The position numbers were made by a program, and so were the translations under genes. DNA of 64,000 nt from Rubripirellula sp. (GTDB lineage: Bacteria; Planctomycetota; Planctomycetia; Pirellulales; Pirellulaceae). The stretch lies in NCBI GenBank assembly GCA_965216875.1, contig OZ244207.1, positions 1-64,000 on the forward strand, read 5' to 3'. Below the pieces are notes generated by a model that was given only the letters and a program-made list of their open reading frames with translations, did not search any database and was not told the origin of the DNA. Of the stretch, positions 58,424 to 64,000 are shown piece after piece (the first letter of the stretch is position 1; each line of letters opens with the position of its first letter).

Positions 58424-59248
58424 GTGCGTTCCATTGCAGTGATCAACCAAAAAGGCGGTGTTGGCAAGACAACCAGCAGCGTCAATTTGTCCGCAGCGCT
58501 GGCCGAATCCGGGCGACGCGTCTGTTTGCTTGATCTCGATCCCCAAGCCCACGCTTCTCTTCACCTCGGCATCACGGCCGTGGATGGTGAAGCCAGTATG
58601 TACGAAGTCCTTTGCGGCGACGCGAGTCTCGAGCAGGCTCGACAAAAGGTGAACGACAACCTTCACGTCGTCCCGGCCAACCTTGACCTCGCTGCCGCCG
58701 AACTGGAATTGGCTGGCGAAGTGGGTCGCGAGATGATTCTGCGCGACAAGGTTGAAGATGACGAAGCGCCCTTTGACTACCTCATTCTCGACTGCCCGCC
58801 CAGCTTAGGCGTATTGACCGTCAACGCGCTGGTCGCCGTTCGCGAAGTCTTCTTGCCGTTGCAGCCGCACTTCCTCGCGCTCCACGGGTTGAGCAAGTTG
58901 TTGCGCACGATCGAAGTGGTTTCACGCCGCCTCAACAATGAACTGCGTCTGTCGGGCGTCATGCTCTGCATGTACGACTCGAACACGCGCCTTGCAGCTG
59001 AAGTGAGTACAGACGTCGACGAGTTCTTTCAGCTCAGCAAAGGTAGTCGCGAGTTCTTTCGCAGTGCCAAGTTCTTTGACACGCGAATCCGTCGCAACAT
59101 TCGTCTTGCCGAAGCGCCAAGTTTTGGCCAATCGATCTTTCAATACTCAGCCGACTCCAACGGGGCTGCCGACTACCGGGCACTTGCCGAAGAAGTCATC
59201 GCTCAAGAGTCCGTCAGCACCAACGCGATCGAAAAGATCGCGGCCTAA
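58424..59248 (+). CDS. ParA/Soj-family ATPase (no adjacent parB)
   Basis: GTG 58424 after GAGGA; deviant Walker A KGGVGKTT, DLDPQ, DCPPSLG, 'LAEAPSFG'. Confidence 0.93.
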   Translation: MRSIAVINQKGGVGKTTSSVNLSAALAESGRRVCLLDLDPQAHASLHLGITAVDGEASMYEVLCGDASLEQARQKVNDNLHVVPANLDLAAAELELAGEVGREMILRDKVEDDEAPFDYLILDCPPSLGVLTVNALVAVREVFLPLQPHFLALHGLSKLLRTIEVVSRRLNNELRLSGVMLCMYDSNTRLAAEVSTDVDEFFQLSKGSREFFRSAKFFDTRIRRNIRLAEAPSFGQSIFQYSADSNGAADYRALAEEVIAQESVSTNAIEKIAA

Positions 59249-59288
59249 ACGCCTGATCAAAACACGCTGGCGTCGGCTTCCGCTTGAC

Positions 59289-59367
59289 CGTAGCCACGCT
59301 CGCCAGAGCGTGGTGGTGTTAGAAACCGGTCTGCTGACGCAAACCACCTTCTAGCGAAGGTCGCGAC
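59289..59367. repeat. REP doublet, family A (degenerate third copy)
   Basis: CGTAGCCACGCTCGCCAGAGCGTGG (59289-59313) and CCACCTTCTAGCGAAGGTCGCGAC (59344-59367), between convergent genes. Confidence 0.85.
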
Positions 59368-59392
59368 ACGCTGTGTAAGTGACCGGCATGAC

Positions 59393-60829
59393 CTACGAAC
59401 GACTCGGGGTGCGAATCACCAAGTTACGTATCTCGGTCATGTCTTCGATCGCGAAGCGGATCCCTTCTCGTCCCAGCCCGCTGTCTTTCACGCCGCCATA
59501 GGGCATGTGGTCAACACGCCACGACGGTACGTCACCGATCACGACCCCGCCGACATCAAGCTCATCCCAAGCCTTTTGCATCTTGTACAGATCACGTGTG
59601 AAGATGCCTGCTTGCAACCCAAACTGACTGTCGTTCACTTCGGCGATGGCGGCGTCAAAATCGGTGAACTTGCTGAGCACCGCGACCGGGCCAAAGGCTT
59701 CCTGAGTGCAAACGTCTTGGTCCGACGGAACCTCTTCAAGCAACGTGGCATCCAGCATGGCGCCCTCTCGTGATCCGCCGCAGAGTAGTTTGCCACCTGC
59801 GGCGATCGCTGACTCGATCCAGCCATGCAGCCGCGACGCTTCGGATTCCGAAATCATTGGGCCAATGAATGTCGATTCTTCTTTCGGGTCTCCCGCAATC
59901 AGTTGCTTCGTCGCGTCGACCAATTTGTCGCGAAGTGAATCGTAGATGTCTTGATGAGCGATGATGCGTTGCACACCGATGCAACTTTGTCCTGATTGGT
60001 AAAACGCGCCAACAACCAAACGCCCAACGGCGTCATCTAAGTCTGCATCGTGATCAACGATGCATGCAGCGTTACCACCAAGTTCAAGCACCACCGGTTT
60101 TTTGCCCGCTTTCGCTTTCAGTTTCCAGCCAACACCCGGCGAGCCTGTGAAGCTAAGCAATTTGAGTCGGTCGTCGGTCGTAAATAGGTCAGCGCCGTCA
60201 CGGCTGCATGGCAGAATCGAAAAGGCACCCTCAGGCAAATCGGTTTCGGCCAGGATCTCGCCGATCACGATTGCGCCGATCGGCGTACGGCTCGCTGGCT
60301 TGAGAACAAACGGACAACCGACAGCTAGGGCTGGAGCAATCTTGTGCGCCGCCAGATTGAGCGGGAAGTTGAAAGGTGAAATGAACGAGCATGGTCCGAT
60401 CGGCACGCGCTGGAACATTCCCCGATAGCCGCGGGCACGCGGTGAAATCTCGAGGTTCATCACCTCGCCCGAGATGCGGACCGATTCTTCGGCGGCGATC
60501 CGAAAGGTGTCGATTAACCGGGTGACTTCGCCGCGAGCATCTTTGATCGGCTTGCCCGCTTCGATGCAAAGTGACATTGCCAGCTCGTCGTAACGCTCGG
60601 CAAAACGATCCACACAATGATTGAGGATGGCTTGCCGCTGATAGGCCGGCATTCGTCGCATCGGTTCGGCCGCCGCTGCCGCCGCGCCGATCCCCGCGTC
60701 GATCGCGCCCGCGTCCGCAATGGCGACACGTGTCGCGACCTCGCCGGTGAACTTGTCGGTCACTTCCAGGTCTTCGTTTGCCGCGACCGGTTTGTTGGCA
60801 AGGTAATAGGGATAGCTCGATTTCAACAT
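59393..60829 (-). CDS. Aldehyde dehydrogenase family protein
   Basis: 'PFNFP', 'FTGS', 'LELGGN', catalytic 'GQSCIG', 'EAFGP', 'PYGGVKDSG'. Confidence 0.95.
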   Translation of the reverse strand: MLKSSYPYYLANKPVAANEDLEVTDKFTGEVATRVAIADAGAIDAGIGAAAAAAEPMRRMPAYQRQAILNHCVDRFAERYDELAMSLCIEAGKPIKDARGEVTRLIDTFRIAAEESVRISGEVMNLEISPRARGYRGMFQRVPIGPCSFISPFNFPLNLAAHKIAPALAVGCPFVLKPASRTPIGAIVIGEILAETDLPEGAFSILPCSRDGADLFTTDDRLKLLSFTGSPGVGWKLKAKAGKKPVVLELGGNAACIVDHDADLDDAVGRLVVGAFYQSGQSCIGVQRIIAHQDIYDSLRDKLVDATKQLIAGDPKEESTFIGPMISESEASRLHGWIESAIAAGGKLLCGGSREGAMLDATLLEEVPSDQDVCTQEAFGPVAVLSKFTDFDAAIAEVNDSQFGLQAGIFTRDLYKMQKAWDELDVGGVVIGDVPSWRVDHMPYGGVKDSGLGREGIRFAIEDMTEIRNLVIRTPSRS

Positions 60830-60841
60830 GGCACGTACCCC

Positions 60842-62482
60842 TTAGACCTTTGCGCTCAACTGTTTGATGTCGTTGTTCAGGATTTGATCATTCTCGGAAT
60901 AGTCAACCGGCACCTCGATCAAGTGCACGCCTTCTTCGTTGTGGCACTTTTCCATCAGCTCGAGCAATTGGCTGGACTTTTCAACGCGATAACCCTTCGC
61001 TCCGTAACTCTCGGCGTACTTCACAAAGTCGGGGTTGCCATAGTCGAGTCCGTAGCTGGCAAGTTCCATGTTCGACTGTTTCCATTTGATCATTCCGTAG
61101 GCGTCGTCTCGCAAGATCAAGATCACCAACTGCATCTTCATTCGGACCGCAGTCTCGAGTTCTTGCGAATTCATCATGAAGCCGCCGTCCCCACAGATCG
61201 CCATCACCTTGCGGCGCGGGTACACCAGCCGAGCGGCCATTGCCGATGGCAATCCTGCGCCCATCGTTGCCAGCGCGTTGTCGAGCAGAACACTGTTGGG
61301 CGTTTGCGCACGATAGTTGCGAGCGAACCAAATCTTGTAGACGCCGTTGTCGAGCGCGATGATGCCGTCGTCGGGCATGACCTTGCGACAATCGGCCACC
61401 AGCCGTTGCGGGTAGATCGGAAACCGCGGGTCGTCGGCGCCGTCGGTGATGTGCGCATCCATCGCTTCCTTGACCTTCATGAAGCGATCAAAATTCCAAT
61501 GATCCTGTGGTTCAATCCCTTCGCTGATTCGCCAAACCGCGTTGGCGATGTCACCGACAACTTCAACTTGTGGGAAATAGACGGGGTCGACTTTCGCCGA
61601 CGAGAAATTCAAATGAATCACCTTCACCCCACCTTCGGACATAAAGAAGGGAGGCTTCTCGACGACGTCGTGTCCGATGTTGATGATCAGATCCGCCGCT
61701 TCGACGGCGCGATGCACGAAGTCGCCCGCTGAAAGGGCGGTGTTGCCCAAGAAGAGCGGGTCCGTTTCGTCGATCACCCCTTTGCCCATCTGGGTCGTCA
61801 CGAACGGGATTTTCGTCTTGTTGATGAAACCGCGCAGCGTTCGCCGTGTGAGCTTTCGGTTTGCCCCGGCGCCGACCAGGATCAATGGATGATCTGCATT
61901 CTGGATCATCTTGATCGCAGCAACGATGGCCTTCTCTTCGGCGGTCGGTCGGCGAACGTAACTCGCTGGAATCAATGACTCGCTGACATCTTCGCGGGCG
62001 ATGTCTTCGGGAAGCTCGAGGTGAACCGCCCCCGGCTTTTCTTCGTGAGCGATCCGAAACGATTCACGCACTCGGCTCGGAATGTTTGCGGCACTGACGA
62101 GTTGCCGCGTGTATTTCGTCAACGGTCGCATCATGTCGACGATGTCAACAATTTGAAATTGTCCCTGCTTACTTTTTCGCACCGGCTTTTGACCGGTGAT
62201 CATCAGTATCGGCATGCCTCCAAGTTGGGCGTACGCTGCGGCGGTCACAAAGTTGGTGGCACCGGGGCCAAGCGTTGAAAGGCAAACACCAACTTTTCCA
62301 GTCAAGCGACCATAGGTTGCCGCCATGAATCCAGCGGCCTGTTCGTGTCGCGTGAGCACCAATTCGATGCTGCTGCGCGAGAGCGAATCAAGAAAGTCGA
62401 GGTTCTCTTCGCCCGGGATGCCAAAGATATATTCGACGCCTTCGGCTTCGAGTGCACGCATGAACAATTCAGAAGCTTTCAT
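60842..62482 (-). CDS. Acetolactate synthase large subunit-like ThDP enzyme
   Basis: 'FGIPGEEN', 'RHEQAAGFMA', 'GPGATN', ThDP motif 'GDGGFMMNSQE'; ATG 62482; no small subunit adjacent. Confidence 0.93.
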   Translation of the reverse strand: MKASELFMRALEAEGVEYIFGIPGEENLDFLDSLSRSSIELVLTRHEQAAGFMAATYGRLTGKVGVCLSTLGPGATNFVTAAAYAQLGGMPILMITGQKPVRKSKQGQFQIVDIVDMMRPLTKYTRQLVSAANIPSRVRESFRIAHEEKPGAVHLELPEDIAREDVSESLIPASYVRRPTAEEKAIVAAIKMIQNADHPLILVGAGANRKLTRRTLRGFINKTKIPFVTTQMGKGVIDETDPLFLGNTALSAGDFVHRAVEAADLIINIGHDVVEKPPFFMSEGGVKVIHLNFSSAKVDPVYFPQVEVVGDIANAVWRISEGIEPQDHWNFDRFMKVKEAMDAHITDGADDPRFPIYPQRLVADCRKVMPDDGIIALDNGVYKIWFARNYRAQTPNSVLLDNALATMGAGLPSAMAARLVYPRRKVMAICGDGGFMMNSQELETAVRMKMQLVILILRDDAYGMIKWKQSNMELASYGLDYGNPDFVKYAESYGAKGYRVEKSSQLLELMEKCHNEEGVHLIEVPVDYSENDQILNNDIKQLSAKV

Positions 62483-62700
62483 GACACATCCACGATGAGA
62501 GCGATCGGTGCAAAGATGCCATTGTGGCGTTTCCAACCGGCCGCGTGTCTCGTCGAGGGCGAAAAGAAATGACGATTCAGACATTTCTCCATTTGCGGTA
62601 ACCCGCTCCAATCCTCGCGGTCTTTTGCGATCGATGTTGGCGCTGGCTTCCAGGCGGCTCTAAGCTATGCGGTGCAATCCTTACAACTGGCGGGCGGCTC

Positions 62701-63885
62701 ATGTCGGATTTCTTTCAGCGCAGCTTGATCATCCACGAGCAATTGCGAGGCAAGCTGGGGGTACAGTCGCGGATGCCCGTGCTCACTCGAGACGACTTGT
62801 CGATCGCCTACACGCCCGGCGTCGCGCGACCCTGCGAGGTGATCTCGGAAGACGTTAGCCGCACGCGTGACTTGACGATCAAACGCAATTCGGTCGCTGT
62901 GGTGAGTGACGGTTCGGCCGTTTTGGGACTTGGCAACATCGGTCCCAACGCTGCGATCCCGGTGATGGAAGGAAAGGCGATCCTGTTCAAAGAGTTTGCC
63001 GGTATCGATGCCTGGCCCCTTTGTGTTGATACACAAGATCCCGTTGAAATCATCGAAACGGTGCGTCGGATCGCACCCGTCTTTGGCGGAGTGAACCTCG
63101 AAGACATTTCGGCGCCACGATGTTTTGAAGTGGAGCAGAGCCTCCAGGATTTGGGGATTCCCGTTTTTCATGACGATCAACACGGGACGGCGATCGTCCT
63201 GCTTGCCGGTTTGATCAATGCCGCAGCGGTTGTCGGCAAAGCGCTGACGGACTTGCGAATCGTCATCAATGGCGCGGGTGCAGCAGGAACAGCGATCGCG
63301 CGACTGTTGCGCTGTGTCGGACACGATCCCAACGTCTGCGTTCCCGTCAGCGATGTGGTCGTTTGCGATTCCCAAGGAGCGATCCACAGGGGGCGCGAGG
63401 GACTATCGCCATACAAGAAAGAACTGCTCGGCTACACCAATCGAAGCAGCCGAACAGGATCGTTGAAAGAAGTCCTTGGCGATGCCGACGTCTTCATCGG
63501 CGTTAGCAAAGGGAACTTACTTGAATCCGGGGACATCTCCTCGATGGCCGACGACGCAATCGTGTTGGCGATGGCCAACCCGGTGCCCGAGATCATGCCC
63601 GAAGACGCCCTCGCCGGCGGTGCCGCTGTCGTCGGAACCGGACGCAGCGACTTTCCAAATCAAGTCAACAATGTCCTGGTTTTTCCTGGGATCTTTCGAG
63701 GTGCACTCGACTGTGGCGCCGCGCAGATAACCGAAGAGATGAAAGTGGCCGCCGCTCGCGCTCTGGCCGCTTGCGTCGACAAACCCACTGCCGATCGAAT
63801 CCTACCTGATCCACTCGATCGCACCGTCGCGCCGCGTGTGGCCGAAGCGGTGGCTCAAGCGGCAAGTGAGGACACGAATGACTAG
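62701..63885 (+). CDS. NAD(P)-dependent malic enzyme (short form, no PTA domain)
   Basis: 'AYTPGVA', 'VMEGKAILFK', 'NLEDI', 'FHDDQHGT', GAGAAG, 'DFPNQVNN'. Confidence 0.95.
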   Translation: MSDFFQRSLIIHEQLRGKLGVQSRMPVLTRDDLSIAYTPGVARPCEVISEDVSRTRDLTIKRNSVAVVSDGSAVLGLGNIGPNAAIPVMEGKAILFKEFAGIDAWPLCVDTQDPVEIIETVRRIAPVFGGVNLEDISAPRCFEVEQSLQDLGIPVFHDDQHGTAIVLLAGLINAAAVVGKALTDLRIVINGAGAAGTAIARLLRCVGHDPNVCVPVSDVVVCDSQGAIHRGREGLSPYKKELLGYTNRSSRTGSLKEVLGDADVFIGVSKGNLLESGDISSMADDAIVLAMANPVPEIMPEDALAGGAAVVGTGRSDFPNQVNNVLVFPGIFRGALDCGAAQITEEMKVAAARALAACVDKPTADRILPDPLDRTVAPRVAEAVAQAASEDTND

Positions 63886-63930
63886 CGAGTCCAGCACCGA
63901 ACGAACCAACCAAAGCACAGGGAGAACGGA

Positions 63931-64000
63931 ATGAACGCGACAAGTGATGCGACAACTCGAGCCGAAGTCGAAGCCTTCATGCACGGGTTGGTCAAACGGA
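63931..64000 (+). CDS. gdhA: 5' end of probable NADP-specific glutamate dehydrogenase (truncated by window)
   Basis: GGAGA RBS then MNATSDATTRAEVEAFMHGLVKR, resembling GdhA N-termini 'FMxxLxxRNP'; only 23 codons visible. Confidence 0.55.
   Translation, partial: MNATSDATTRAEVEAFMHGLVKR

Noticed and set aside
60617..61732. 371-aa plus-strand ORF
   Set aside because: Antisense shadow of the ALS/ALDH genes, expected from codon bias in GC-rich DNA
62665..63387. 240-aa minus-strand ORF
   Set aside because: Antisense to the well-supported malic enzyme

Overview
Bacterial window of roughly 55-58% GC by eye. Gene content points to a planctomycete, probably Pirellulaceae: a DUF1553/DUF1501 pair, 'LExRxxLA' N-terminal motifs with dockerin tails, an ECF sigma/Ser-Thr kinase pair and GTAG-type REP repeats. 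From left to right it holds a PSD1/cytochrome c protein and DUF1501 protein, a Na+/Pi symporter, two convergent giant surface proteins (2.2k and ~4.1k aa) each with an embedded alpha/beta-hydrolase, and an ECF sigma plus Ser/Thr kinase. An accessory stretch follows (membrane-split hydrolase, ThuA, VPGUxxT-family thioredoxin, NDH-2, a PilT-like ATPase with a double-KaiC/solute-binding fusion, a CPA1 antiporter-EIIA fusion, a secreted protein). The right part is more housekeeping-like (NTase-HD, PQQ-like propeller, 3-hydroxyacyl-CoA dehydrogenase, GT11, Tex-like protein, ParA, ALDH, ALS, malic enzyme, start of gdhA). I saw no rRNA, tRNA, CRISPR array or transposase. The best candidate for an undescribed system is the two-gene unit at 37367-42640: a degenerate PilT-family ATPase with no pilus genes in the window, 6 nt from a cytoplasmic KaiC/RAD55-KaiC-'sugar-binding protein' fusion. 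All family calls come from motif recognition by eye; no database searches were run.
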